A stretch of DNA of 64,000 bases from Felis catus. Taxonomy: Eukaryota. The stretch lies in assembly GCF_018350175.1 (NCBI RefSeq), contig NC_058369.1:5086001-5150000 (forward strand). The letters run 5' to 3'. Each line of letters begins with the position of its first letter. The stretch's first letter is position 1. This document shows, in pieces, positions 49,000 to 61,781 of the stretch. The notes under the pieces were generated by a model. It ran no database searches. It was not told where the DNA came from and saw only the letters and a program-made list of their open reading frames with translations. The position numbers and the translations under genes were made by a program.

Positions 49000-49030
49000 A
49001 TGTGGAGCTTCAGCTTGCTCCTCTTCTGGG
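49000..49030 (+). CDS. ADGRE1: ADGRE1 (EMR1/F4/80) exon 1, signal peptide start MWSFSLLLFW(G)
   Basis: accATGt context; LLLFWG matches the EMR1/F4/80 N-terminus; |gtgagt donor. Confidence 0.9.
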
Positions 49031-50306
49031 GTGAGTGTGGGGCTGAATGGTGGTGGGAGGGCTGGGGGAAGTCTGCATTGGAAATAGACTCCAGGGGAAA
49101 GGGAAGGCCACGGGGCATCCAGCCAGAGACCCCAATTCTAGGCTGAACACTATCAGCACCTTCTTTGTAGGAAAAAAGTCACTCAGCGTAGGAAATTCCC
49201 TCTCTCCAGGTAGACTTTCTTTATAGTCATTCATTTGGCATGTATTTCTTGCGGTCGTGAGTCTGATATCATAGTAGGAAGGGCAGGCAGAAAAGAAGCT
49301 ACTTACAGTAACAGCAACCACCCGCCTAGCACCGTTGTAAGCTCATCAAATGTCTTCACCAAACTCCTCCAATATTGGGTCCCTAATAGCCCCATTTTAC
49401 AAAGGAGGAAACTGAGGTAAAAGACATTACATGACTTTCCCAGGACTACTTAGCCAATAAATACTACACTTTATCCCTTATCACTATGCTATGCTGTCCC
49501 AAATAATAACTACACAAAAGCATTTCAGGCAGTGATAGTGCTATGAAAGAAGAGAGTGACTGGGGGTTATGTTGAAGGGGGAAGTCAGGGAAGGCCTCTC
49601 GGAGGGGGTGATTTTTGTGCTGAGCCCTGAGCCATGAGGTGGAGCCTTCCTGTCTCTTATTTCCCTTTCTTCAGGCGTCAGTTTGTATTGGTCTTGTTTA
49701 TTGTCTCTGTTGTGTTTGTTTGTTTGTTTTCCTGTCTTTCAAGTGTTGGTCACTGGTTCAAATCTATGAATGCAGGACAGTGTTTTGAACAACAGGTGTG
49801 GGCTTCCTCAGCTGGGGTCCAGTGCATCTATTTGCGGAAGAGAAAACTCAGGCCCAAAGAGACTAAACAACTTTCCTAAGGCCATGCAGTCAGTAACTAG
49901 TGAAGCCAGATTGTTAAGCCCAAGTATTTTAACTCCAGAGTTTGCATGCTGAAAAATGATGCTCTGCTGCCTCTAAAATAATTAACAAACAAGAGAATTT
50001 CGGCTGGTGATAATGAATGGGAAAGTTGGGATTTGGGGGCTGTGGGACCTGTTGACTGACAGGCTTCATTAGAAGGAGCAGGTAACTCGTGGGCCCCAAA
50101 TGCAGGAATGCCAAGTTGTTGCTTTGGCCTGTCGGCCCTTGTATTAGCTCTGGTGCCTGTTATTTGGCACTGAAGTTAATCAGCAAAAGTGGTGATGACG
50201 TCATTGGTGGTGGGGTTAGTGGTAGTGGGTTGAGAGAGTGATGGTCGTGGGGGTTGTAATGTTGGAAAATAGCTAAGTGCTGGGGGGCTGCACTGCCTTT
50301 TAGCTA

Positions 50307-51906
50307 ATTTTTTTAAGTTTATTTATTTTTGAGAGAGAGAGAGCACAGGGGAGGGGCAGAGAGAGAGAGAGAGAGAGAGAGAGAATCCTAAGCAGGCTCT
50401 ACACTGTCAGCACAGAGCCCGACACAGGGCTCAAACTCACAAACCTTGAGATCATGACCTGAGCTGAAATCGAGAGTCAGACATTCAACTGACTGAGCTA
50501 TCCAGGTGCCTCCAGGTAATTTTTAAAAAACTAATCACCTGACCACCCATGCCATTTTAATGCTACAGATATACTGTACATATATTTATGTATTATATGT
50601 ATCATTTCTGTATATGTCTTATGCCAAAAAGTAAGATTTTTTTCCCCATCTCTCCCCAAGAACCAAGTTTTGCCTACTCGGTGGGGGGTGGGGGGGAAGA
50701 GATGTCATTTTTTTTGTTTGAGAATACATATCTTAGTGTATGTTTTTGAAAATCAGCTGGAACTTTTCTTGTCATTGATAAGAAAATTAAGGGGTGCCTG
50801 GGTGGCTCAGTCAGTTGAGCACCTGACTTTGGTTCGGGTCATGATCTCACGGTTTGTGAGTTCAAGCCCCACATCGGGCTCTGTGCTGACAACTCAGAGC
50901 CTGGAGCCTGCTTCAGATTATGTGTCTTCCTCTCTCTCTGTCCCTCCCCCGCTTGTGCTCTGTCTCTCTCTGTCTCTCAAAAATAAATAAATGTAAAATT
51001 TTTTTTAAAAAGAAAAGAAAATTAAGACGATACAAACAAAATAAAAACCATAAAGTGCAAAAAAGCAGGAATTGCTTCTGTGAACGTTACATGAAATATT
51101 GTATGTTTGTCACGCCCGTGGATCTCTTGTCTAGGCTCATCAAACCTGTAGTACTTTTTCAGGTTGAGCCTACATTGCTTCTTGATGGTTCATGATATTC
51201 TTCTTTTCTTTGTTTATAGGGTGTTGTGGTTTATACAGCTCACGTATTCTCTCAACAAGATCCGCGACAATTGGTGAGTTGGTCAAAGAGAATCCATATG
51301 CTCAATGTGTGGGAGGGTGTTTTCTGGGGAGGAGACCCTTCTGTCTCAGGAGTTTGAGCTGCAGCTAACACTTGCTGGGAGCTACTTAGTGGCAGAGAAA
51401 CAGGTAAATAATACCCAGGTCTCCTGGATCCTGCTCTAGGCTCTTACCTATGTGGCCTTGCATTCACTGTGTGACTTCAGATAACACACAAAACCTCTCT
51501 GATTGTCATGTTCCTCAGCTGTGAAATACAGATAGCAAGGGTTCCCGTCTACAGGGATATTGTGAAGCTTAAATCAAAAGTGAAGCTTAAATCACTTTTA
51601 AGCTTTAACTTAAGTGAAGCTCAGTTAACCACCTGGTACGTGTGACAAGAGCTTCATAAATGGTGGTGTGGTGGGAATGCATTTTTTTAATAATTTTTTT
51701 GAATGTTTATTTATTTTTGAGAGAGAAAGAGAGACAGAGCATGAGCGAGGGAGGGGCAGAGAGAGAGGGAGACACAGAATCTGGAGCAGGCTCCAGGCTC
51801 CAAGCTGTCAGCACAGAGCCTGATGCGGGGCTTGAACCCATGAGCCGCGAGATCATGACCTGAACCGAAGTCGGACACTCAACCAGCTGAGCCACCCAGG
51901 CGCCCT
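50307..51906. mobile_element. Three CanSINEs around ADGRE1 exon 2: - (~50307-50512), + (~50791-51012), - (~51682-51906)
   Basis: SINE bodies; TSDs aagaaaattaag and gaatgcattttt. Confidence 0.88.
51220..51273 (+). CDS. ADGRE1: ADGRE1 exon 2 (G)CCGLYSSRILSTRSATI(G)
   Basis: Long pyrimidine tract + tatag|, |gtgagt; 54 nt phase 1-1; GCC peptide as in human EMR1 (WGCC); joins exons 1 and 3 in frame. Confidence 0.85.
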
Positions 51907-52854
51907 GAGAATGCATTTTTAAAAATGTGTTAAGTCTCCCCTTCTTCCACCTAAGCTCCTGCTGGATGCAGAGGACAAATATTGCCAGTTCGTAGTGTCC
52001 TCAGTGTCTCAGTTTCCTGGCTCTGCCTTATTTGGGAAACTCAGTCTATGTTGTACAAATAGCTAATCTTGCAAATGTCCTACCCTTCTCTTGGTCCTCC
52101 CAACATGGCGGCTGGGTGTTGGTATAGGGGCAACTTGTAGGATCTTGTGGCTGTCAAGGGTGGACTCTGGACGGGGTGTTTTGTCTACTGGTAGAGCATG
52201 GCCCCATCTTGCTTGCCTAGTAGCCCTCTCAACATCTTTGCATTCCCCAGGGGTCCGTGCAAGAGCTTCTGCCTTCTGTGTTCAGGCTACAGGACACAAG
52301 AAGATTTTCCTTAGAGCAACCTACCACCTACTTCCCTCTGCAGCTTCTAATCTTTGGCTCTCATGCCTTGTTGGATGTGACAGCCGCAGAAAGCAAGCTT
52401 CTCTTCTAGACTGGGAAACTCCACCCAGCTCTTGTTGGGAGAAGTCAGCCCCTAGCCTTGATAGTCCTAAATCCACCCATTCCTATGTAGAATCTTCTGA
52501 GGTGAGGTGGCAATGGTGGGTCCTTCTCATCTCCTCTCTTTATGAGTTTCCCATAGTTTTTTCTCTTCCCTTGTGGTAGGTATTTGCCTTACCCCGCGGC
52601 TTAATGAAAGCGCTACCTTCCAGCCCTCCAAACCCGACTACTGCCAAATATTTTTATTGAGTTATGATCGACATATAGCAATCTGTGCGAGTTTAAGGTG
52701 CACATGTGTTGACTTGATAACCACGTATATTGAGAAGTGATTACCGCCATAGTATCCAGTAACATCTTTGCACCTCACATAATTGCCATTCCTTTTTGTG
52801 TGAAGGTATTTAAGACGTACTCGTAGCAGCTAACCAAGCATGGTTGGTATTGTT

Positions 52855-55592
52855 TTCTTTTTAAATGCTCATTTATTTTTGGGAGAGCGTGGACACGTGT
52901 GTGTGAGCAGGGGAGGGGCAGAGAGAGAGGATCCAAGGTGGGCTCTGTGCTGTCAGCAGAGCGACGGATACAGGGCTCGGACTCAGACTCACGAACCGAC
53001 ATCTGAGCTGAAGCTGGACACTTGCTTAACTGACGGAATCACCCAGGTGCCCCTGTAATACAGTATTGTTACCTAGAGTCACCATACTACACAGTAGATC
53101 CCCAAACTCATTCATCTTATACGGTTTTCTTCCAAGACTATCGTCTTGTGGGGAACCCAAACATCCAGTTTGGTAATTAAAATGAACATTACAGTTTTGC
53201 TTTCATTGTGTGTCTGCTGCTAAGACACCTTAACTTTTTCCTGAACAAGATGAAATCCTGTGGCAGAATGTGTTGGGGCAGTGGGTTCACATCCGTGTAA
53301 GTGGAAATATATTTCCAAAAGGGTCACATTAATTAAAAAAAAATCATCATTGGGGCGCCTGGGTGGCTCAGTCGGTTGGGCGTCCGACCTGGGCTCAGGT
53401 CATGATCTCGCGGTCCGTGAGTTCGAGCCCCGCGTCGGGCTCTGTGCTGACAGCTCAGAGCCTGGAGCCTGTTTCAGATTCTGTGTCTCCCTCTCGCTGA
53501 CCCTCCCCTGTTCATGCTCTGTCTCTCTCTGTCTCAAAAATAAATAAAGGTTAAAAAAAATTTAAAAAAATCATCATTATTATTGATTCCAGAAAGCCCT
53601 TGGCTAGTGAGGAAGTCATTGTATTAATCTCCACAGCTTGGGGACCTAGCCCAGGCCCGATACAGTGCAGGCAAGTTGGGTAGATAAATAAAAGAATGAA
53701 TGTGTGCCCCGCATAGAGAATGTGAGAGATGTTATAGTCGAGGCATGTACAAGGAATTTGTAAGTGGGAATTCAAAAGGCTTAATATTTGAGAAAACTAG
53801 GCACTATTGGGATTAAAAATGCATAAACACAGGGATGTTAACTTTGCGATAGTTCATCAGAGCACACACTTATGATATTTGTGCTTTTCTCCTATCATAC
53901 TTGATAAAACATTATAAAAATGCATATACACTTTGGGGTGCCTGGGTGGCTCAGTTGGTTAAACGTCTGACTTTGGCTCAGGTCATGATCTCACGGTTTG
54001 GGAGTTCGAGCTCCACATCCGGCTCCGTGCTGGCAGCTCAGAGCCTGGAGCCTACTTCAGATTCTGTGTCTCCCTCTCTCTCTGCCCCTCACTCACTCAC
54101 ATTCTTCTCGCTCTCTCTCTCTCTCTCTCTCAAAAATAAACATTAAAAAACTTTAAATGCATATACACTTTGACACAGCAATTCCTAATCCAGAAATTTA
54201 TTCCAAAGAGATATTCATACAACGTACAGAGATACCTCACCATAGACTCTGGGATGTGCACTTATGCTGTTCTGGTAACAACTTGGAATAAACAATGTTT
54301 ACACAAGGGGACTACTTGGATAAAATGTTGTGTTTGTTAGAGTAACCCTAGCTACGGTAACAAACCCAAAACTGTCCGTGGCTTAATACAAAGAAATTTA
54401 ATTTTTGTTTGTTTAAGAATCCAATATGGGGCACCTGGGTGGCTCAGTGGGTTAAGCCTCCGACTCTGGCTCAGGTCATGATCTCGTGGTTTGTGGGTTC
54501 AAGCCCCGCATCAGGCTCTGTGCTGACAGCTCAGAGCCTGGAGTCTGCTTTGGATTCTGTGTCTCCCTCTCTCTGCCCCTCCCCTACTCATGCTCTGTCT
54601 CTCTCTCCTTCAAAAATAAACATAAAAAAAATTTTTTTAAAGAATCCAGTGCAAATATTTCTGGTCCGTGGGTGGCTTTCCTCCAAGCTGTAATTCAGAG
54701 ACCCAGACTCCTTCTGCCTTGTAGCTCAGCCACGCTGAGGTCTTAGAGTCTTTTGCAGACTGTGGAAGGAGCGAAAAGGAACAACGGAAATGCACACCCA
54801 CTTTATAAAAACCCAGCTCTGGCAATGATGCATACTATATTTGTTCACGGTCATATGACGATGCCTGGACACGAGGTGAGCTGGGAAATGTAGTTGGTGG
54901 TTGGGCCGCTGTCACTGCAGTGACAGTTCCGTACCTTGGAAGGGAGAGTGTGGAGCATCTGCTTGATGTTTAGCCTCCAAGCCACCTGTGGCACAGTTAC
55001 AGCCCATGGACACAGTGCAAAATACACAGCTGTTCAAAAGCATGAGTCGGGTCTATACGGACTGACTTGGAAAGCTGCCCCCAACATATTCTTCTCCCAA
55101 TTTTTATTAGAGAAACATTTAAAGCTTCAAAGGTAGGGGAAGTAGTAAAACAAACTCCCACGTACCCATCACCCAGCTCCCATACGTGACAAATCTTGCT
55201 TCTCTTGGTTTGCAAGACCTACCCTAAGTGAAAAAGCAAGTAATCATACAACAGCATTGTCCCCATGGACCGTGAGATGATCATGACCTGAGCCAAAGTT
55301 GGACGCTTAACCGACTGAGCCACCCAGGCGCCCCAAGGTTTTCCTTTGCAAGCAATTATTGCCTTCTTTTTTTTTTTTTAATTTTTTTTAATGTTTATTT
55401 ATTTTTGAGACAGAGAGAGACAGAGCATGAGTGGGGGGAGGGGCAGAGAGAGAGGGAGACACAGAATCGGAAGCAGGCTCCAGGCTCTGAGCCATCAGTA
55501 CAGAGCCCGACGCGGAGCTCGAACTCACGGACCGCAAGATCGTGACCTGGCTGAAGTCGGACGCTTAACCGACTGCACCACCCAGGCGCCCC
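52855..55592. mobile_element. CanSINE cluster in ADGRE1 intron 2: - 52855-53054, + 53352-53566, + 53934-54153, + 54428-54640 (inside MLT1-like LTR), - partial 55262-55334, - 55368-55592
   Basis: SINE bodies; TSDs aaaaaaatcatcatt, aaatgcatatacacttt, caattattgccttctt. Confidence 0.85.
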
Positions 55593-58500
55593 AATTATTG
55601 CCTTCTTAGAAAAAGATGTAAACAAAACAAAAATGTACCAAAATTAGGGTTGCCGTCTCTTTTGGCCAGTGTCTGTAGAAGCAGAGCCTGATGAGAGGAT
55701 TCTTGTGTGAGTGATTTCTTGAGGGAGGGCTGTCTGGAGACACTTGCAGGGCAGCGAGGGAAGCAGGACAGAGCAGAGACAGAGCCACACGGAAGGTGTT
55801 TTGGGAGTGCCTCAGCCACAGCCTGCTCTCACAGGCGGCCCTGCAGGGTGAAGTGCACCCCGGAGGGTCACCTGCTCAGAGGCACAGGGGAGGCTTGCTG
55901 TCACACTCCAGCATCTGTCTGCCAGTCATTGCCTCCGAGCCAGTGGAACAGCTGGGGGATAGGTATGCCAACCCAGTAACGCAGATGGGGGGGTTCCAAG
56001 AGCGGCCACTGTCCTACCCCCTCCTGACCTGGCAAGATAGGAAGAAGTCACGCGCTGATGTAGGTGAATGCCCGGGAAGAGACTGGGTTTTCCCCTTCAC
56101 GTACCTACTGCTGCTTTCGTAACTTGCCTCTGAATCACTGTCATTCACAGAAATACAGACACTGGCTGGCTCACGGCCACTTTCAAAGGGAGCCGATGGC
56201 TTCTCGTTCCTCTGCCTGCAGGCTGGGTGGCAGGGCACGCGTGTTGTAAGAGACTCCCCCAGACGGAAGGCAATTAGACCTTGGGCAAGCACCGCCAGGT
56301 CTCAGTTTTGTCATCTGATGAATGGGTATGGCGACGACCCTCACCCAATGTAATGGGATGGTTGTGAGGGTTCAGCTCCATGCGCGATCGTTAAGAGGTG
56401 GGCTCTGGGGTCACATTTCCTGGGATTGAATCTTGGTTCCAGCACTCGGGTATCGCAGTAAATCCCCTGAGACTTCAGTTTCCATGAAAACGGGGCTGGA
56501 GGGGGGGGTGAATACGACTGGGTTTCGATGAGTGTTAATTGATACCTGGAACATAGCAGGTGCTCAACTATGTCAGCCCTCCCTCTTCTCAGGGAAACAC
56601 GAATTATCTGGTTCTCACTGGCTGGGCCAAAGCTGGTACAGTGAACAGAGGCACAGTCAGGGCAACGACCAGGATCCCTGGACACACTGTCAAACTTCTT
56701 TCATTCTATTTGTTCTGCTTATTCCTTTTTTGCCTTCTGTGACCCAGGGGAGGCTACACAAATTCTCTTGGGCATCAGTTTGCACATCTGTAGAATGGAG
56801 TCCTAATGTTTACCTTCAAGTAGGATGACCAACTGTCCTGGCTTGCCTCAGACCAGGAAGGGGGTTCCTGGGACTCTGGGCTTTGAGTGCTAACACCAGG
56901 AAAGTTCCCCCACCTGGAAGGAGTATTGTGGGGTTTGCAGAAAATGCACGGAAGCGGCCTGGTGCTCGGGAGGCACCAAGGAAACGGAAGCTCTAGTTAT
57001 ATTTTTGGAAGTCTTTTTGCCCCTTGGAGTCTCATTTCACGCTTGGGTAGATTAAGTGATCGTCTGTTAAGTTGTGTTCATGACTGAGGAGCACGTATCT
57101 GTCTCAGGTGGATTTTTGGAGGGGCCTCTTCTCTGGTCTCCTGGCTTCTTGGCTTTGCAGAGGCCAGCAGAGGACCCGAGTCAGGTCCTGCCCTCCTCTG
57201 CCCACAGCCCTCCAGGGCTCCCACCTCCCTGGGATAAAAGCCCAAGTCCTCCCTGAGGCCCCCAAGTCACTATAGGACCTGCCTCAATCCCGCCCTGCCC
57301 TGCCCTCGTCCCTCACTCCCCCTCACTCGCTCCCCTCCAGCCATACACATCTCCTTACTGTCCCTCCAATACCCCAGGCCCAGTCCTGCCCCAGGACCTT
57401 TGCATGAGCTGTGCCCTCTGTTTGGGATGTTCTTGCCCTACATAAACACATGGTTCCCTCCCTCCCTTCTCTATTTTCAGCTCATGTGTCATCTTCTCAG
57501 TGACTACCCTAGTTTTGACATCGTATCCCTTGCCCTCACCTCTCCAGATGATCAGCTCAGTGGCAGGTGAGGAATTTTGTGCATCTTGTCCCACACAAGG
57601 GCTCAATACATAGTGCCTAGAATAGTGCCTGACATACAGCAGGTGGTTTGCATTTGTCAGAGTTGTCCAGAGAAGCAGAAACAATACGATGGATGCAGAC
57701 AGGTAAAGATCCATTATAAGGAATTGGTTCACGCGACTAGGGAGGCTGGCAAGTCCCACAACCTTCGGGGTGATGTGCACAAGTCCTGAGCCCGGAGAGC
57801 ATTTGGGAAGCTGAGCAAAGGCGAGCACGGCTGACGGGACAAGGCAGGAGATGATGAGCTGGGGAGGCTGCCAGGTGCCCAGTCACCTGGGCTGTGGTTC
57901 TGGTTTAGGGCGGGTTTGAGTTGTGAGCAATTGAGCCAGAGGAAGAGGCTAATGGGAAGTTCAGATGAGAGACCGCAAGTGATAATGCACCGGAAGTCTG
58001 CAAAGGACAGTGCTGCCTCTACAGATGAAAGAGGAAGCTGTTAGTAAGAAAAGAGATACAATTGAGGGGCCGTGCAGGGAAGGGACGTAAACAAGGCACG
58101 TTGTAGGAAGTGAAGAGCCTGACTGAACCATCCCTCGAAGTTGGGGGGGCCCTTTATAAAGCGTTTCCCCACCCTACAGATCAATCGGTGTTGGCATTAC
58201 CTTCCACTCCTCTCTTTCACATCCTGCATCCAACGCACTGGCAAGTCCTGCTGACGTCACCTCTGAGCAAACCCCAAATCTCATGCTGCTTCTGCTCTCA
58301 GCCGGGTGGCACCCACCATCCTCGCTCACCTGGACGGGCGCGGTGACTCCTCCCTGGTCATCCTGCCTCTGCCCCTCTACCGTTCATCTTCCGACCAGAG
58401 GATCCTGTTAAAATCTCAGTCCTGCCGTGTGCTGTCTGTGCTCAGACTCCGCCATGGCTCCCGTCGCTCTCTGATAGAAAGCTGGGGTGTGACAGTCGTC

Positions 58501-59703
58501 TAGCCGATCTTAGCCGACCTGGCCATGTGCACGCCTCCCCTTTCCCCCTGTGCACTCTGCTCCAACCACACGACCTCCCTGTAATTCCACAAAATCACCA
58601 GCTGTGGTCCTGCCCCTGGGTCCTTCATGCATTTGCGGTTTCCTCTGCCCTAAGCACCTTCGTACGTATCTTACTCACCTCCCCCTGGCCTTTGTTCCAG
58701 TGTTACTTTCTCAGTGAGGTCTTCATTGTTGAGCACCGACTCTGTGCCAGGCGCTGTTGTAGGCACTCAGCACTCAGCAGTGAATGAGACAGACATAAAT
58801 CCCTGCCTTCCAGGAGCTCAAAGTCCATCAGGGAAACAGATTTAAAAGATCCAATTACAAAGGTTTTTTTTCAAAGAATGGTCGTAGAAATTGCCTGAAC
58901 ATTGATTCCATTTCCAGCCAGATCTACCTCTTCTTGGGTGGCAGCAGTGAAAATCACTCACTTCAGGTTTTGACAGGCCCAGGGATGCCAGTCACCAGCG
59001 GTGTGTCCTTGAACAAGTTACTTAACCTCACTGAGACTCAGTTTTCCACATCTGTATAATGGGAATTGTACTAGTTTCGTATGGCGGCTATAACAAATCA
59101 CCATTAACTTTACCTTACAGATGTGGAGGTCAGAAGTCCAAAATGGGTCCCAGTTGGCTAAGATCAAGGTGTGAGCAGGGATGAGTTCCATTCTGGGGGT
59201 TCTAGAGGAGACTGTGTCTTTTTGCCTTTTCCAGCTTCTAGAGGCCACTTGGATTCCTTGGCCTGGGTCCCTCTTCCTCCATCTTCAAAGCTGGCAGTGA
59301 CTGGCCAAGTCTTTCTCATATTGTGTCACTTTGCCTCTCTTGGCTTCATCTTTCCGTTTTAAGGACCATTGTGATTACATTGACCCCATCTGGATAATCC
59401 AGAGTTTCCTCTTCATCTCAGGATCAGCTAATTCCATTGGAATCCTTAGTTCTCTCTTGCCACATAGCATAGGTTCTGGGGATTAAGACGTGGTCATCTC
59501 TGAGGGCGCCTGTGTGACCAACTGTGTGAGTTGGTTGGATGTCCAACTTCAGCTTAGGTCATGATGTCACGGTTCATTAGTTCGAGCCCCACGTCAGGCT
59601 CTCTGCTGTCAGTGTCGAGCCCGCTTCAGATCCTCTGTCTCCCTCTCTCTATACCCTTCCTCTGCTCTCACTCTCTCTCTCTCTCTCAAAAACAGTAAAT
59701 AAA

Positions 59704-60051
59704 TGTTAAGGTCAGGCGTAGGGCAGGGTAAAGATATGAGTCAGAAGCTAAAAAAATTTAGCAGTCAAAGGCTTTATTTGGGAACTAAGGTCTTGGGCGA
59801 GGTTCTGTGACTCAGGGAGAGAGAGAGAGGAGTCAGGGAAGTCGCGCCCGGGTGTGGTGGGGTAGGGCTTTTAAGCTGCAGCAGTTCTGGGTTTAGGTCC
59901 CGGTGGGCCTTTTTCACACCAGGTTGTGCTGTCACTCAGTGACTGGTTGACCTTCAATTCATTCTGGCGTGCTGCCCGGGGCTTTCTGTTGGGAATTTTC
60001 CACTAGCAAGATGGCCGTGCCCTCCACTGTGGTTCCAGGGACATCCTGACA
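59704..60051 (-). mobile_element. Solo LTR (~348 bp) inserted in a CanSINE tail
   Basis: TGT...ACA termini; flanks ataaa/ataac; minus-strand AATAAA (ctttatt ~59772) downstream of TATA-like cttaaaag (~59868). Confidence 0.7.
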
Positions 60052-60078
60052 ATAACCATTTAAAAAAAGGATGTGGTC

Positions 60079-60575
60079 AGGGCACATGCACCCCAATATT
60101 GAGAGCAGCACTATCAATAGTCAAATTATGGAAAGAGCCCAAATGTCCATTGACAGATGAATGGATAAAGTAGGTGTGGTATATATACGCAATGGAGTAT
60201 TACTCGGCAATCAAAAAGAATGAAATCTTGCCATTTGCAACTATATGGATGGAACTAGAGGGTATTATGCTAAGCAAAATTAGTCAGAGAAAGACAAATA
60301 TCATAGGACTTCACTCATAGGAGGACTTTAAGATACAAAACAGATGAACATAAGGGAAGGGAAGCAAGAATAACATAAAAACAGGGAGGGGGCCAAAACA
60401 TAAGAGACTTAAATATGGAGAACAAACAGAGGGTTGCTGGAGGGGTTGTGGGAGGGGATATGGGTTAAATAGGTAAAGGGCATTAAGGAATCTACTCCTG
60501 AAATCATTGTTGCACTAGATGCTAACTAACTTGGATGTACATTTAAAAAAATTAAATTAAATTAAATTTTAAAAA
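60079..60575 (+). mobile_element. 5'-truncated carnivore L1 3' end
   Basis: aaagagcccaaatgtccattgacagatgaatggataaag ORF2-end motif; TSD aaaaaagg(g)atgtggtca. Confidence 0.85.
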
Positions 60576-61589
60576 AGGGATGTGGTCATCTTTAGAGGGG
60601 CCATTATTCTGCTGACCGCAGGAATGACACTATCGAATAAGTTTCTTCACAATCTCCTAGAAGCCTGCCTCCACCTCTGGCTTGTTGTTCTGGAGCTCAC
60701 AGTGTGGTGGGGGAAATGACTACTAGAAAGCTAACCATACAAATAAGCAACTATAATTATGATGTGGGTCATAAAGAAGGAGCACGAGAAGCTATGCGGG
60801 AGCACAGAGCACAGTGGAGGCTTTTTTGGGGGAAATGACACTTAAGCAAGACATGAAGAATGAGTAGGAGCTGGCCAGGCAAAGCAGAGGCAAAGGGTAT
60901 AGAATGTGCAAAGGCCCTGTGGCGGGAAGTCTAGAAATGGAGAGTAACACGAGATGTGGTTTAAAGATGTGGTTGGGTGTGGTCAATGGGGCTCTGTGGG
61001 TCCTGTTTAAGTGATTTGGATTTTAATTCTGAGTGCAACAGGGAGCACTGTAGGCAGAGGTGGGGGTAGATAATCAAATCTGCATTCAGAGGTGACTACT
61101 ATGTGGAGAAGAGATTGCAGGGGACAACAGAGGACAAAGGGACGTAGAAGCCAGAGGAGGACCTGTACCGACAACAGCTGTGGCAACGGAGAAAAGTGGG
61201 TACATATGAAATGCTATTTGGATACAGAACCAACAGGGCTTGGGGACCCACTGAAAGTGAGGGTGAGGGCTAAACAGGTAAACTGAGGTACAGAGAGGTG
61301 CAATCACTTGTCCCAGAGCTGGACTGGCTAGGAAGTAGCTTTGACCGCTTCCATAGTAACCAAACAACAACTCAGACATTTATTTCTTAGAAGTTCATTC
61401 TTCTTGTAGATCTCTAACTTATAGATGGGACGGAGTGACCAGGCTGCCTGCTCTAGGAGATCATTCCACCTTGTTGCCTCTCCATTCCTTGGCGTGGTGG
61501 TTTCCCAAGCCATCATCCTCAGGGTTAAGGGCAGATCAGCCCACTCTGCCCATGTTCCTGCCCAAGAGGAAGGGGACAGCCTGCTTATT

Positions 61590-61781
61590 CTTTTTTTTTT
61601 TTTTAACGTTTATTTTCGAGAGAGAGAGACAAAGAAGCAGAGCACAAGCAGGGGAGGGGCAGAGAGAGGGAGACACAGAATCTGAAGCAGGCTCCAGGCT
61701 CTGAGCTGTTAGCACAGAGCTTTAAGATCATGATCTGAGCTGAAGTTGGACCCTCAACCGACTGAGCCACCAAGGCGCCCC
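61590..61781 (-). mobile_element. CanSINE
   Basis: T tail, SINE body, flanks cagc.tg.ttattctt. Confidence 0.85.

Larger units (their letters stand above)
59067..60620. mobile_element. MLT1-like LTR hosting a CanSINE, a solo LTR and an L1 fragment
   Basis: tgtactagttt ... ctgaccgca termini with 5-bp TSD ggaat (59062-59066, 60621-60625). Confidence 0.8.
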
